A stretch of DNA of 64,000 bases from an uncultured bacterium. GTDB taxonomy: Bacteria; Acidobacteriota; Thermoanaerobaculia; Multivoradales; JAHZIX01. A program made the translations under genes and the position numbers. Below the pieces are notes generated by a model. It made no database searches. It was not told the DNA's origin and saw only the letters and a list, made by a program, of their open reading frames with translations. The stretch lies in contig CBDUPA010000001.1 of the NCBI GenBank assembly GCA_965368975.1, positions 736,001 through 800,000 of the forward strand. Reading direction: 5' to 3'. This document shows, one piece after another, positions 8,155-18,136 of this stretch (positions within the stretch are counted from its first letter, which is position 1; every line of letters begins with the position of its first letter).

Positions 8155-10062
8155 CTACTCGTCGAGCTGATCCTTGATACCGAGCCTGCGGATCATGCGG
8201 TGCAGCGAATTGACGTGGATGCCCAGCCGGTCGGCGGTGACGCCGTAGTCGCCGCCGGCTGCGCGGTAGGCGTCGAGGATCAGCTTGCGCTTGAACTCGA
8301 CCAGGGCGGCCTGGAACTCGGACGGCACCTCGGCCGTGCTCTCGCGCACTTCTTCCGGCAGATCCTCGGGTTCGACGACGTCGGTTTCGCCGAGCACCAA
8401 GGCGCGCTCGATGACGTTGCCCAGCTCGCGCACGTTGCCGGGCCAGTCGTAGGCTTGCAGGCAGCGCTCTGCGGCCTGCGAGACGGTGACACCGAGGCGG
8501 CCGAGGCGACGGCCCTGGACGGCCAGGAAGTGACTGCACAGGAGCGGGATGTCGTCGCGACGCTGGCGCAGGGGTGGTGGTTCCAGGGTGATCACCTTGA
8601 GGCGGTAGTAGAGGTCCTCGCGGAACTCGCCGGCACGGATGGCTGCTTCCAGGTCGCGGTTGGTGGCGGCGACGATGCGCACGTCGACGTCGATCGGCCG
8701 CGTCCCACCGACGCGCTCGAATTGCCGCTCCTGCACCACGCGCAGCAGCTTGGCCTGGATCGGCGGTGGAATCTCACCCACCTCGTCGAGAAAGAGAGTG
8801 CCGCCGCCGGCGGTCTCGAACTTGCCGGGCTTGCGCGCCACGGCGCCGGTGAAGGCACCTTTCTCGTGCCCGAAGAGTTCGCTTTCGAGCAGCGTCTCAG
8901 ACAGGGTGGCGCAGTTCACCGCCACGAAAGGACCGGCGGAGCGCGCGCTCGAACGGTGAATGGCCTGGGCGGTGAGTTCCTTGCCGGTCCCGCTCTCGCC
9001 GCGAAGCAACACGGTGGTGTCGGAGCGCGCGACCTTGCCGATGAGGTCGAGCAGCCGCCGCATGGCGGCGCTTGCGCCGATCAAGTCGTGCTGCAGCTGC
9101 TGCGCTTGCAGGCGCCGGTTCTCGGCTTCCAGCCGCTGTAGCTGCAGGCTGTTGGCGAGCGCCAGGGAGGCCACGGCTGACAAACCCTCGAGCAGGTCGA
9201 GGTGGTGAGCGTCGAAGGCACCGGCGACGTGAGTCTCGCCGGTCAGCACGGCCAGCACGGACTCGCCCGCGGGATCGAGGAGGGGAGCCGCGACCCGTGT
9301 GCCGAGGGTGGAGTCGGTGAGTTGCGTGCAGCGCTCGTGCACGGCTTTTTCGACGATTGTCTCCACGAGGGTCCGATTTGCCGCGATTCCATCGGCGGCG
9401 ATTCCATCCCGGCTGGCTGGGCCGGGCTCCACCTGCCGCGAACGCTGCGCCAGCACTTGCGGCTGCTCGTCACCAGGCTGCCACCAGAGCACCTGGGTGC
9501 GCTGTGCGGGTAGGGCCTCGAGCAGTGCGGCGACCACGCGCTCGCCGCACTGCTCCGGCAGCAGTGGCCCCTGCAGTTCGGTGCTCCAGCGCAGCAGGGT
9601 CTGCAGGTCGCGGGCGATCCGCGCCTGGACGGGGAGTTCGGCGTCCAGGTGAGCCGGATCGAGCAGCAAGATCTCGGTGGCTCTGCGCGCGAAGGTACTG
9701 CGGCCGGTGGTCCTTCTGCTGCCGGCAAGTCTTGCGCTCTCGCGTGGCTCGATGCCGCGCGTGTCGGTATCGTTGAGCAGGAAGAGCAAGACACTGCCGC
9801 CGAGAGTCAGCAGGTCGCTGTGTACCAGCTGGTGTTGTCGCACCGGCCGGCCATTGACGAAGACCCCGTGCCGGCTTCCGAGGTCCTGGAGGGTATAGCC
9901 GCCATCGCTGCCCGGCAGCAACTCGCAGTGTCGGCGCGAGATCTCCAGGCTCTCCAGGCGCAAATCACAGTCAGCACTGCGACCGATCGTGAACGGCTTC
10001 GTGAGCAGCGGAAAGGTCTGACCCGCGGCGGGGCCACTGATAGCTACCAGGCGTGGTTTCAA
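8155..10062 (-). CDS. Sigma-54-dependent activator with FHA and GAF-like domains
   Basis: FHA motifs [17 protein letters not shown]; AAA+ motifs [37 protein letters not shown]; C-terminal HTH; TTG start. Confidence 0.92.
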   Translation of the reverse strand: MKPRLVAISGPAAGQTFPLLTKPFTIGRSADCDLRLESLEISRRHCELLPGSDGGYTLQDLGSRHGVFVNGRPVRQHQLVHSDLLTLGGSVLLFLLNDTDTRGIEPRESARLAGSRRTTGRSTFARRATEILLLDPAHLDAELPVQARIARDLQTLLRWSTELQGPLLPEQCGERVVAALLEALPAQRTQVLWWQPGDEQPQVLAQRSRQVEPGPASRDGIAADGIAANRTLVETIVEKAVHERCTQLTDSTLGTRVAAPLLDPAGESVLAVLTGETHVAGAFDAHHLDLLEGLSAVASLALANSLQLQRLEAENRRLQAQQLQHDLIGASAAMRRLLDLIGKVARSDTTVLLRGESGTGKELTAQAIHRSSARSAGPFVAVNCATLSETLLESELFGHEKGAFTGAVARKPGKFETAGGGTLFLDEVGEIPPPIQAKLLRVVQERQFERVGGTRPIDVDVRIVAATNRDLEAAIRAGEFREDLYYRLKVITLEPPPLRQRRDDIPLLCSHFLAVQGRRLGRLGVTVSQAAERCLQAYDWPGNVRELGNVIERALVLGETDVVEPEDLPEEVRESTAEVPSEFQAALVEFKRKLILDAYRAAGGDYGVTADRLGIHVNSLHRMIRRLGIKDQLDE

Positions 10063-10071
10063 CGTGGGCGG

Positions 10072-10080
10072 ATTCTACCA
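10072..10080 (-). promoter_or_regulatory. Putative extended -10 promoter (TGGTAGAAT)
   Basis: TGnTAGAAT about 10 nt upstream of the TTG start of the sigma-54 activator; implies a near-leaderless transcript. Confidence 0.45.
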
Positions 10081-10150
10081 TGCGGTGCGCTCCTGGCTGG
10101 GACTGCTGAGTTCCCCGCAGCGGTAGCGGATGGCCTGGTTCTCGTTGGGC

Positions 10151-12394
10151 TTACTCCTGTTCGGCCTCTTCCAACTGGACCCGTGCCCGACCGACCCGCA
10201 CCAGCTCGCGGCCGGTGCGGATCAGGAAGGTGCCGGGAAGGGCTGCCACGCCGTAGACGGTGTCGTCGGTTGGCAGCAGATTCTCAGCCACGACGGTGAC
10301 CTCGTCGCCATCGTGCCGCAGCACGGTGGTGGCGCCCTTGCGGGTGAAGAAGTACACGCGGTCGCCAGCGGCAACAGGGGAGGCCCAGCAGGCCTCGGCC
10401 AGCCGGTGGCGCCAGCGCAACGCGCCGGTGTCTCGATCGGCGCAGCTGACGACGCCGGCCTTGTTGACGAAGAGAACGCAGTCGCCGTGCACCAGCGGTG
10501 AGCCGAAGCCCGAAGTGATGCCGTCGCCGCGCCACTGGATGCGTGAGTCATCGTTCGCTGCCTCTGGTAGCGTGCCGCGCCGCAGCGCGAAGTTGTGGGC
10601 CGCGCTGCTGCTGGCGACGATCACGAGCTTGCCGTCGATGGTCGCGGACGCCGCCGTGTTGCCTTCCAGACCGTCGAGGCGCCAGCGCACGTCGCCCGTT
10701 GTCGCATCGACGGCTTCGACATGGCCGTTGGCGGAGGAAAGCAGTTCCGCCCCGGTTGGCCCCGGGGCGACGGCCGGCGTCGTCCAGGCGACGCGCGCTG
10801 GCCGCTCGACCTTCCAGTGCGTCGCGCCGGTCTGCCGATCGAGCGCGATCAAGTAGGACGGACCTTCGTGGGTTGCCTGGACGATCACGGACGTTCCTGC
10901 CAGGACAGGCGAGCTGGCGATGCCGTGGTTGCCCTGGAACGGTCCGTAGTCGTCGGTCAGCGAGCGCCGCCACAGGCTCTCGCCCTGGTGGTCGACGGCG
11001 ATGAGGTCGCCGCTCTCCCAGAAAGCATAGACGCGCCGCGCGTCGACCACCGGCGTCGGCGCCGCGCGCGACACCATGTCGCTGGACTGGATCTTCTGGC
11101 TCGCCGCGTAGCGGTACTGCCAGTTCACGTCGCCGGTGCTCAGGTCCAGGCAGGTCAGGACCAGCGTTTCCTTGAACTCGCCCTCGACGCTGGTCACAAA
11201 CACCTGGTCCCCCCACACGACCGGGCTCGACTGGCCGTACCCGGGCAACTCGACTTGCCAGGCCAGCTCGCTCGGCGACCAGCTGACGGGCATGTCGGCG
11301 GAGTGGGCGTGGCTGTTGCCGAAGCCGCGAAAGCCGGGCCAAGCGGCGACGGCGTCTTTACCCAGGGTGCTCAGCGGCACGACCTCGATGTCGGCCCGGT
11401 GCCCCCCGCGGTGGGCACCCCCGACGAAGAGTACCTGGTTGCCGTCGACCAGCAGGCGGTGGAAGAAACGCGGATGTTCCAGGGTGTGGACGCCGGCATG
11501 CCAGGTACCCGTCGGGTCGAGCACGTGGACATTGCCGTCGGCGGTCGAGGTGTAGAGGTGACTGCCGGCGCCGAAGGCGGAAGCACCGAAACCCTTGAGC
11601 CCTTCCGTGGCCGGCAAGTCCGGGCCCTGCGACCAGCTTCCGGCGTCAGGGTCGAAGACATCGACCCGGCGGCTGGTGCCGTCGTCGTGCAGGCCTCCGA
11701 TAGCGTACAGACGCCCGGCCGCCGAGGCGGCTGCCAGAGCGCGGCGCTGGAACGGCTGCTCGAGACGTTCCCAGGCCGGTTCGGCAGCGCTCGGGTCGAG
11801 GCGCCACAGCTCGTCGTGCCACGCGGGATCGAGCTCGGCTCCGCGCAGCTGCCAGCCGCCGACGACGTAGATGTGACCGTCGAGCACCACGGCGTCGTGT
11901 GACGAGCGCGGCGCGGGCAGCGGCGGCAGGGCATGCCAGGTGCCGGCTGCGTCGCCGTTGGCAGTCTCGCCTGCTGGCCGGAAGCACTGGACATCGTCGA
12001 CCGAGAACAGGTCTTCGTCTTCCTCTTGACCGTTGCGTGCGGTCATGCCGCCGAGCCGGCACACTGCGTCGCTGACCGCGACCAGCGCCAGCCCTTGCAG
12101 GCCGGGTACCGGGCCGAGATCCTGCCAGCCGCCGTCGGGGCGTCGCAGGTCGAGGCGCCGGAAGTGGTGGGACAGGTTGTTGGTCGAGTGCTGGTGGGAG
12201 CGGCCGACGTGGCCTCCATAGACGTAGAGGTGATCCCCGAGGACGGCGGCGCCGAAACTGGCGACCGCTTCGGGCATCTCGGGCAGTGGCATCTCGGGCA
12301 GGGGCGTATCCGCCCTCGCTGGCACAGCTCCGAAGGCGAGCAGGCAGCAGGCGAGCAGCAGAGAGACGGTGGTATTGCGTAGGTTCATCTGCAT
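10151..12394 (-). CDS. Secreted Kelch-repeat plus PQQ-like (BamB-type) double beta-propeller protein
   Basis: Signal peptide; Kelch repeats (YVYGG, YVVGGW, YAIGG); then WPGFRG...W...PGYGQSSPVVWG and repeated SSPV/W motifs of PQQ-like propellers. Confidence 0.82.
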   Translation of the reverse strand: MQMNLRNTTVSLLLACCLLAFGAVPARADTPLPEMPLPEMPEAVASFGAAVLGDHLYVYGGHVGRSHQHSTNNLSHHFRRLDLRRPDGGWQDLGPVPGLQGLALVAVSDAVCRLGGMTARNGQEEDEDLFSVDDVQCFRPAGETANGDAAGTWHALPPLPAPRSSHDAVVLDGHIYVVGGWQLRGAELDPAWHDELWRLDPSAAEPAWERLEQPFQRRALAAASAAGRLYAIGGLHDDGTSRRVDVFDPDAGSWSQGPDLPATEGLKGFGASAFGAGSHLYTSTADGNVHVLDPTGTWHAGVHTLEHPRFFHRLLVDGNQVLFVGGAHRGGHRADIEVVPLSTLGKDAVAAWPGFRGFGNSHAHSADMPVSWSPSELAWQVELPGYGQSSPVVWGDQVFVTSVEGEFKETLVLTCLDLSTGDVNWQYRYAASQKIQSSDMVSRAAPTPVVDARRVYAFWESGDLIAVDHQGESLWRRSLTDDYGPFQGNHGIASSPVLAGTSVIVQATHEGPSYLIALDRQTGATHWKVERPARVAWTTPAVAPGPTGAELLSSANGHVEAVDATTGDVRWRLDGLEGNTAASATIDGKLVIVASSSAAHNFALRRGTLPEAANDDSRIQWRGDGITSGFGSPLVHGDCVLFVNKAGVVSCADRDTGALRWRHRLAEACWASPVAAGDRVYFFTRKGATTVLRHDGDEVTVVAENLLPTDDTVYGVAALPGTFLIRTGRELVRVGRARVQLEEAEQE

Positions 12395-12398
12395 CTCC

Positions 12399-14687
12399 TC
12401 AGAAGTGCACGCGCAGCTGCGCGCCGAAGTTGCGGCCGGGGCTGGTGTAGCGGTCGAGCGTCGCGGAGGTCTGCGCCTGGCCGCGCACGTACGGCCACTG
12501 CCAGTAGGCCTCGTCCGTCAGGTTCCAGCCGCTGAGCTGGAGTGACAGGCGGTCGTGAAGCGCGATCCACAGTGCCAGGTCGACGACTTCGTAGCCTGGG
12601 GCGCGGAATTGCGTCGAGTCGGTGGGCAGGTCGCTGGCAGCCTTGGCCGCGACCTGCGTCGCCGTCAGCTCGGCGCCCCAGCGCTCGCGGGCGGCGTAGC
12701 GCAGGCCGAGCACCAGGCGCGGCGGCGCGATCGATGTGAGGGGTTGGTCCGCCAGCTCGTCGTCACCTTCGATCCAGGTGTAAGCCGCGCGCAGATTCCA
12801 GCCGCTGCCCAGGTCTGTCTCGGCGGCGAGTTCGAGGCCGCGGATGCGCACGTCCTGCAGGTTCTGCGGCTGGAACTCGACCAGGAAGAGCCGTGGGTTG
12901 AAGCCCAGGAAGACGGTCTCGATGAAGTCCTGATAGCGGTTGTCGAAGCTGGTCAGGCTGAAGCTGCCGCGCTGGCCACCTGCTTTGCCGTCCTTGTTGC
13001 TGATGGTGAACGTTGCGCGCACGCCTAGCTCGTAGTTGTCGCTGGTTTCGGGCCGCAGGTCCGGGTTGGGCAGGGTGTGGTAGCCACCGGCCTGGTTGGT
13101 GAAGCCGTTGTTGATCGAGCTCATTGGCGGTGCTCGGAATCCGCGCGCGACCTGGCCGAAGACGGAAACTTCGTCACTCAGCGCCAGCACCGCGCCGAGA
13201 CGCGGAGACACCGCTTCCTCGATGTAGTCCACCGGTGCGAGTGTGCCCGGGTTGCCGGAAAGATAGATCGAGTCCTGCTGGTCGGCGTCTAGATTGTAGC
13301 GGTCGAGACGCAGGCCGGGGACCAGCTTCAGGCGGCCGTTCCACAGGTCGAACTCACCCTGGACGAAGACGCCCAGCTCCTCGACCTCCGAGCGCGGGAA
13401 GTACTTGCTCGGCAGCGCCAGCGACTGCGCGATCGCCTCTCCGCTGGCGAGCAGGAACTCGCTGCGGTCGCGCAACTGGTCGAAGCTGTCGCGCTGCAGG
13501 CTGAGGCCGTAGGTCAGCACTTGCCGGCCGTCGCCGCACAGGTCTTTGCGCAGGTCGATCTCGAGCCCCAGAGTTTCCTGCTCGAAGGTCAGCAAGCCTT
13601 CGCGGTGTAGGCCGGCCGTGACGCCAGCGATGTCACGCTCACGCAGCTCGTCGGTGACCTGCCCGGTGTTGCTCTGCTGGGTGTAGGCGCGCCAGAGCAG
13701 CGAATCGGCCAGCGTCGTCTGCAGCACCAAGCTGTGCTCTACGCTGCCGCGCCAGCGCTCCTGCCGGTCCTCGGCGGCGAGAGCGAGGATGGTGTCCGGC
13801 TGGGCGGGCCCCTGCGCCGGCGCCAGGCTGCTGAGCACGTCCGTGTCGGTGCTGCCCTCGAACCATTCGAGAGCGAATTCGAGCTGGTTGCTGGGGCTCA
13901 GGCTGTGGCCCAGCTTGGCCAGGAGGTTGTCTTGCTGGCGGTCGATCGGATTGGGACGTGTGCGGGTGAAGTCCGAGTTGCCGATGTCGCCCTGGTTGTC
14001 CTGCTCGTGGCCGTCACGGTGACTGTAGAACAGCAGACCTTGCCAGGTGTCATGCCCAAACGCGATGGTGGCGGCTTCGGAGATCTCGTCGGCGCGGCCG
14101 TCGTAGCCACCGCGCAGGCCCAGGTACAAGGGGCCGCCGTCGAGATAGGAGCGCGGTGAGCGGGTCGTCAGGCTGACGACGCCGCCGAGCGCGTCGCTGC
14201 CGTAGAGCGCCGAGCCGGCACTGCGCACGATCTCGACTCGCGACAGTGTGTCGAGGTCGAGGGTGTACTGCGGGACACCGAACGGGCCGAAGTCGAATTG
14301 CTCGGCCGTCGGGATGCCGTCGATGCGTGTCTGCACTCGATTGCCGCCAATGCCGCGGATGTTGAAGCCGTTGCTACCGAGGCGGGTGAGATCACCGTCG
14401 ACATAGATGCCCGGCAGATAGCGCACCAGGTCGCTGAGCTGCCTGTGGCCCAGTTCTTCGATCTCAGCGGCTCCCACCACGTCGACCTGTCCCGGTGTGT
14501 CCTTGACCGCGCGTTCCGAGCGCGTCGCTGTTACAGTGATGGTCTCAAGTAGCGTGATATCGTCCCAATTCTGGGAAGGCGGTTGCGGGGTTGCCGCGGT
14601 CGAAGGGACGGTCAAGCCGAGACCCAAGGCCACGGCCAATGTCCACCGCGTGAGTCCGCCCGGACTCACATTCATGGCACAGTTCAT
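12399..14687 (-). CDS. TonB-dependent outer-membrane receptor, heme/hemoglobin/transferrin type
   Basis: TonB box ETITVTATR; plug motifs NIRGIGGNRV..IDG and SALYGSDALGGVV; FRAP and NPDL motifs; C-terminal Phe. Start moved to ATG 14687 (RBS GGAGGA). Confidence 0.9.
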   Translation of the reverse strand: MNCAMNVSPGGLTRWTLAVALGLGLTVPSTAATPQPPSQNWDDITLLETITVTATRSERAVKDTPGQVDVVGAAEIEELGHRQLSDLVRYLPGIYVDGDLTRLGSNGFNIRGIGGNRVQTRIDGIPTAEQFDFGPFGVPQYTLDLDTLSRVEIVRSAGSALYGSDALGGVVSLTTRSPRSYLDGGPLYLGLRGGYDGRADEISEAATIAFGHDTWQGLLFYSHRDGHEQDNQGDIGNSDFTRTRPNPIDRQQDNLLAKLGHSLSPSNQLEFALEWFEGSTDTDVLSSLAPAQGPAQPDTILALAAEDRQERWRGSVEHSLVLQTTLADSLLWRAYTQQSNTGQVTDELRERDIAGVTAGLHREGLLTFEQETLGLEIDLRKDLCGDGRQVLTYGLSLQRDSFDQLRDRSEFLLASGEAIAQSLALPSKYFPRSEVEELGVFVQGEFDLWNGRLKLVPGLRLDRYNLDADQQDSIYLSGNPGTLAPVDYIEEAVSPRLGAVLALSDEVSVFGQVARGFRAPPMSSINNGFTNQAGGYHTLPNPDLRPETSDNYELGVRATFTISNKDGKAGGQRGSFSLTSFDNRYQDFIETVFLGFNPRLFLVEFQPQNLQDVRIRGLELAAETDLGSGWNLRAAYTWIEGDDELADQPLTSIAPPRLVLGLRYAARERWGAELTATQVAAKAASDLPTDSTQFRAPGYEVVDLALWIALHDRLSLQLSGWNLTDEAYWQWPYVRGQAQTSATLDRYTSPGRNFGAQLRVHF

Positions 14688-14857
14688 GGATGCTTCCTCC
14701 ATGGATCGCCGCGCCGGTTGCCGCCGGCACGGTGGTTGTTTCCTAGGGGCGATGGTCCGCCAGCTTTCGCGAGTCGACGGGCCATCGCCTGTTTCCGTTT
14801 GAGTCGGCCCTAGCTTGTCTCTCCGGAACTCCCAGCAGAGAGGTGACGAGAGGTTGT

Positions 14858-14872
14858 TGAGACAATGTCTCA
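14858..14872. promoter_or_regulatory. Fur-box-like 7-1-7 operator TGAGACA-A-TGTCTCA
   Basis: Perfect inverted repeat resembling the Fur 7-1-7 motif, upstream of a heme-type TonB receptor. Confidence 0.55.
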
Positions 14873-14887
14873 TTATGGCCTGGGCAA

Positions 14888-14916
14888 ATACTGGACCATA
14901 ATGGTCCCCTTGTCAA
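14888..14916 (-). promoter_or_regulatory. Putative sigma-70 promoter (TTGACA-N17-CAGTAT) with palindrome GGACCAT-A-ATGGTCC in the spacer
   Basis: Perfect -35 TTGACA at 14916-14911 pointing toward the receptor; perfect 7-1-7 palindrome at 14893-14907. Confidence 0.5.
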
Positions 14917-15011
14917 ATGCCCGCTCCAAGGGGTAGTCGGTTTACAATCGACGCGATCCTCTGCTCGCTATCTTGATCTGTACCGCTCCGCTTCATCGAC
15001 CAGGAGTTCCT

Positions 15012-16451
15012 GTGCCTAGGAAGACCGCGCCCCTGACTCCCGAGCTGCGGGCCAACCACCGCTCGCTGTCCTCGACTTCCGAACACTTCGTCGACTTCAT
15101 CGTCGAACAGCCGGCGTGGCATCGCATCATCACGGACATCTTCGATGTCGTGCCGGAACTCGAGCCGCACGAGGTGCAGACTTGGCCGACGTTCGTGGAT
15201 CGCGAGGTCTACGACGGGATGGGGCGCGTGGCAGTGCGCATCTTCGACCTGGTCAAGAGCCTGCCCGAGCGCCTGTGTGGCAGCGATCCGACGAAGGTCG
15301 CCGAGTTGTGGCGGCTACCGAGCGTCGAGGCGGCCGAGAAGATCCTGCAGGAGCCGGTGGGCTGGAGCGCGGCGACGGCACGGGTTGACTTCATGCTAGG
15401 TCCAGACGGCTGGCAAGCCCTGGAGCTGAACGTCTCGCCGTCGCTCGGTGGCGTCCAGCTGTACGCCATTTGGGACCTGTGCCTGGAGCAGCCGACGATC
15501 CAGGAATTCGTGGCCCAAGAGGTAGCGCGCGGCGGCGGCGAGCTCGAGGCGGTGCAGACGTTGGTCGAATTCCAGCAGTACCTGGTGCGCGACACGCTCG
15601 ACTTCCTGCAGGACGTGGGCGGTTCTGGCTCGCCGAGGGACGTCAACATGGGCTGGTGCGTGCCGGAGTCGGTGGACATCGAGGCGGCGGAAGAAAACCT
15701 GAATCACTTCTACGCCGAGCTGCTGGAGACCGTCGACCCAGCGCTGTCGGGCAAGTACGTCCTGTTCACGGACTACGCGCAGCTGGAGGAGAAGGACGAC
15801 GGTCTTTACTGCCGGGGCCAGCGCCTGCACATGATGCAGTGCTTCCCGAGCTACGATCTACCGGACGTGCTCTACCGGGCCTTCAAGGCGCGCAAGCTGA
15901 GCCTCTATGGCGCACCGATGCAGAACCTGCTCAGCGATCGTCGTTGCCTGTGCTTGTTGTCCGAGCACGCGTCGAATCGCGAACTGTTCAGCGCCGAAGA
16001 GCGGGCGTTCATCCAGCGTCACGTGCCGTGGACGCGGCTGGTGCGACCGGGGCGGACACGCTGGCATGGACGCTTCGCGCGCACCGAGAAGCTGCTTCTC
16101 GAGCAGCGCGACAAACTGCTGGTCAAGCCCTGCCTGGCGCACGGCGGCGACGGCGTCACCGCGGGCTTCGCACGCACGGACCGTCAGTGGCAGCGGTTGA
16201 TCGAGCACGCGCTGGCAGCACCGGACGACGCCACGCAGGAGATGATCGTGCAGGAGTTCGTGCCCTCGAAGCTCTACCTGTACCAGGTCGGCGAGCAAGG
16301 CTTTGCGCCGCACCGCATGGTGTGGGGCTGCTTCGTCTTCGGCGAGCAACCGGCGGGGCCCTACGTGCGCGTGATTCCGGAGTCCTTGCACCAGGGTGTG
16401 GTCAACGTGCAGAAGGGGGCCTTGCAGTCGCCGGTGGTGCTGGTCGGCTGA
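15012..16451 (+). CDS. Circularly permuted ATP-grasp (glutathionylspermidine synthase-like) ligase, paralog 1
   Basis: ARVDF, LELNV.PSLGG, VKPCLAHGGDGV, IVQEFV, GCFVFG, VVNVQKGA; GTG start after AGGAG. Confidence 0.72.
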   Translation: MPRKTAPLTPELRANHRSLSSTSEHFVDFIVEQPAWHRIITDIFDVVPELEPHEVQTWPTFVDREVYDGMGRVAVRIFDLVKSLPERLCGSDPTKVAELWRLPSVEAAEKILQEPVGWSAATARVDFMLGPDGWQALELNVSPSLGGVQLYAIWDLCLEQPTIQEFVAQEVARGGGELEAVQTLVEFQQYLVRDTLDFLQDVGGSGSPRDVNMGWCVPESVDIEAAEENLNHFYAELLETVDPALSGKYVLFTDYAQLEEKDDGLYCRGQRLHMMQCFPSYDLPDVLYRAFKARKLSLYGAPMQNLLSDRRCLCLLSEHASNRELFSAEERAFIQRHVPWTRLVRPGRTRWHGRFARTEKLLLEQRDKLLVKPCLAHGGDGVTAGFARTDRQWQRLIEHALAAPDDATQEMIVQEFVPSKLYLYQVGEQGFAPHRMVWGCFVFGEQPAGPYVRVIPESLHQGVVNVQKGALQSPVVLVG

Positions 16452-16498
16452 ACTCAGCGTTCGATTTTGATTTGATCCAAGGAGGAGGAACTGTACCC

Positions 16499-17959
16499 AT
16501 GTCCGACGTCTCTCTGCTCGATCTGCCTGACGACATCCGCGCCAGTCATCGGGACCTGTCGCCCGTCGCTGAACGCTATCTCGGCTTCCTGGCGCAGCAT
16601 CCCGAGTGGCACAAGCCGGTCGACGAGCTGATCGATCTGCCACACGAGCAGAAGATCTATCCGCTGGAGACCTGGCCGACGTTCATCAGCCGCGAGCGCT
16701 ACGGCGAGATGGGGCAAGCGAGCGCGCGCTTCCTGGACCTGCTGCGTAGCCTGCCGGAGCGCTTCGCCGGCAACGGAGAGGATCGCGTCGAGCGGTTGGT
16801 CGAACAGTGGGATCTGCCCGACGAGCAGACGGCACGGCAGATCCTCGATCCACCCGATGGCTATGCCGACTGCACCGCGCGCATGGATCTGATCCGCGCC
16901 GCCGACGACAGCTGGAAGTTCCTGGAGGCCAACGTCTCGGCGTCGCTGGGTGGTAGCGAGATGGAGCAGCTCGGCAAGCTCTACCAGGAGCAGCCGCTGG
17001 TGCGGGAGTTCGTGCAGCAAGAAGGCCTGGAGCTAGGCCTGATCGACACCCTGTCGCGCTTCGACGATCACCTGCTGTCCCACGCTCACCGCTACCTGGA
17101 CCGCTCGGGTGACGAGGACCCGAACGAGTTCAATCTGGCGATGACCGGCTTGCTGGCGCGCAGCGTGCCGAATATCGAGGAAGTGCTGCCCCAGCTGCAG
17201 GAAGACCTGAAGCGCCAGCTCGAGCGATTCGGGCCGGATCTTCATGGCAGCCACTTCTTCTGCCTGCAGGAAGAGCAAGTCGAAGAGCGCGACGGGCGCC
17301 TCTACGCGGAAGGCAAGCGCCTGCACATGGTGATCCGCTTTCCGACGTACGATATGCCGCAGAGCTTCGACCGGGCCTACCGCGCCCGGCGGCTCTACCT
17401 GGTGGGTGGGCCGTCGAACAACTTGCTCAGTGATCGGCGCAACTTCGCGCTCCTATCCGAGGCTGCCGACGTGTCCGATGGAGCTGAAGACGGGGGCCGC
17501 TTCAGCGACGACGAGCGCGCCTTCATTTCCCGCCACGTGCCCTGGAGCCGCAAGGTGTGCCGCGGTAGGACGACCTGGCGCGGCGAGACGGTCGACCTGC
17601 CGGAGCTGTTCGAGCGTGAGCGCGAGAAGCTCTTGATCAAGCCCTTTATCGGCTTCGGTGGCGAGGAAGTGCACGCCGGTTGGAGCACCGAGCCAGTGCG
17701 CTGGCGAGAGTTGCTCGAGGCGGCGCTGGAGAGCGGAAACGTGCTGGTGCAGGAGTTCGTGCCGTCGCGGCGCTATGTTTTCCAGCATGGTGACGCTGAA
17801 CAGGGGACGGGAGCCGGCACCTACCGCATGGTCTGGGGATCGTTCGTCTTCGGCAACCAGCCCGGCGGCATGGTGCTGCGCATGGTGCCGGAGGTGATCG
17901 ATGACGGGGTGGTGAACGTCACCAAAGGGGCCTTGCGGGGTCTGGCATTCCTGGTCTGA
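16499..17959 (+). CDS. Circularly permuted ATP-grasp ligase, paralog 2
   Basis: ATG 16499 after GGAGGAGG; ARMDL, LEANV.ASLGG, IKPFIGFGGEEV, LVQEFV, GSFVFG, VVNVTKGA; colinear with paralog 1. Confidence 0.72.
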   Translation: MSDVSLLDLPDDIRASHRDLSPVAERYLGFLAQHPEWHKPVDELIDLPHEQKIYPLETWPTFISRERYGEMGQASARFLDLLRSLPERFAGNGEDRVERLVEQWDLPDEQTARQILDPPDGYADCTARMDLIRAADDSWKFLEANVSASLGGSEMEQLGKLYQEQPLVREFVQQEGLELGLIDTLSRFDDHLLSHAHRYLDRSGDEDPNEFNLAMTGLLARSVPNIEEVLPQLQEDLKRQLERFGPDLHGSHFFCLQEEQVEERDGRLYAEGKRLHMVIRFPTYDMPQSFDRAYRARRLYLVGGPSNNLLSDRRNFALLSEAADVSDGAEDGGRFSDDERAFISRHVPWSRKVCRGRTTWRGETVDLPELFEREREKLLIKPFIGFGGEEVHAGWSTEPVRWRELLEAALESGNVLVQEFVPSRRYVFQHGDAEQGTGAGTYRMVWGSFVFGNQPGGMVLRMVPEVIDDGVVNVTKGALRGLAFLV

Positions 17960-18136
17960 GGTCTTTCGCCCCGGCGGGCTGCGCAGTCGCGTTGCTGGCG
18001 CCTCCGAGGCTGTGCTAGGGTTCCGTCGTTTCCTTGAAGTGATGTCGCCCCCCTCACTGCAAATCCGCCGGAGCTACCCGCTGGCTGGTCTCGCGAATCG
18101 CTGGGTTCGTGCCCGCCGGCATAGGAGAGTCCACGC

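Noticed and set aside
15470-16498. N-terminal extension of the 829-aa ORF
   Set aside because: Overlaps paralog 1 in another frame; similarity to paralog 1 begins at ATG 16499, which has its own RBS.
17960-18136. Possible ZTP or THF riboswitch upstream of fhs
   Set aside because: Only a partial resemblance (GTCGCGTTGCTGGCG); the other conserved ZTP elements were not found.
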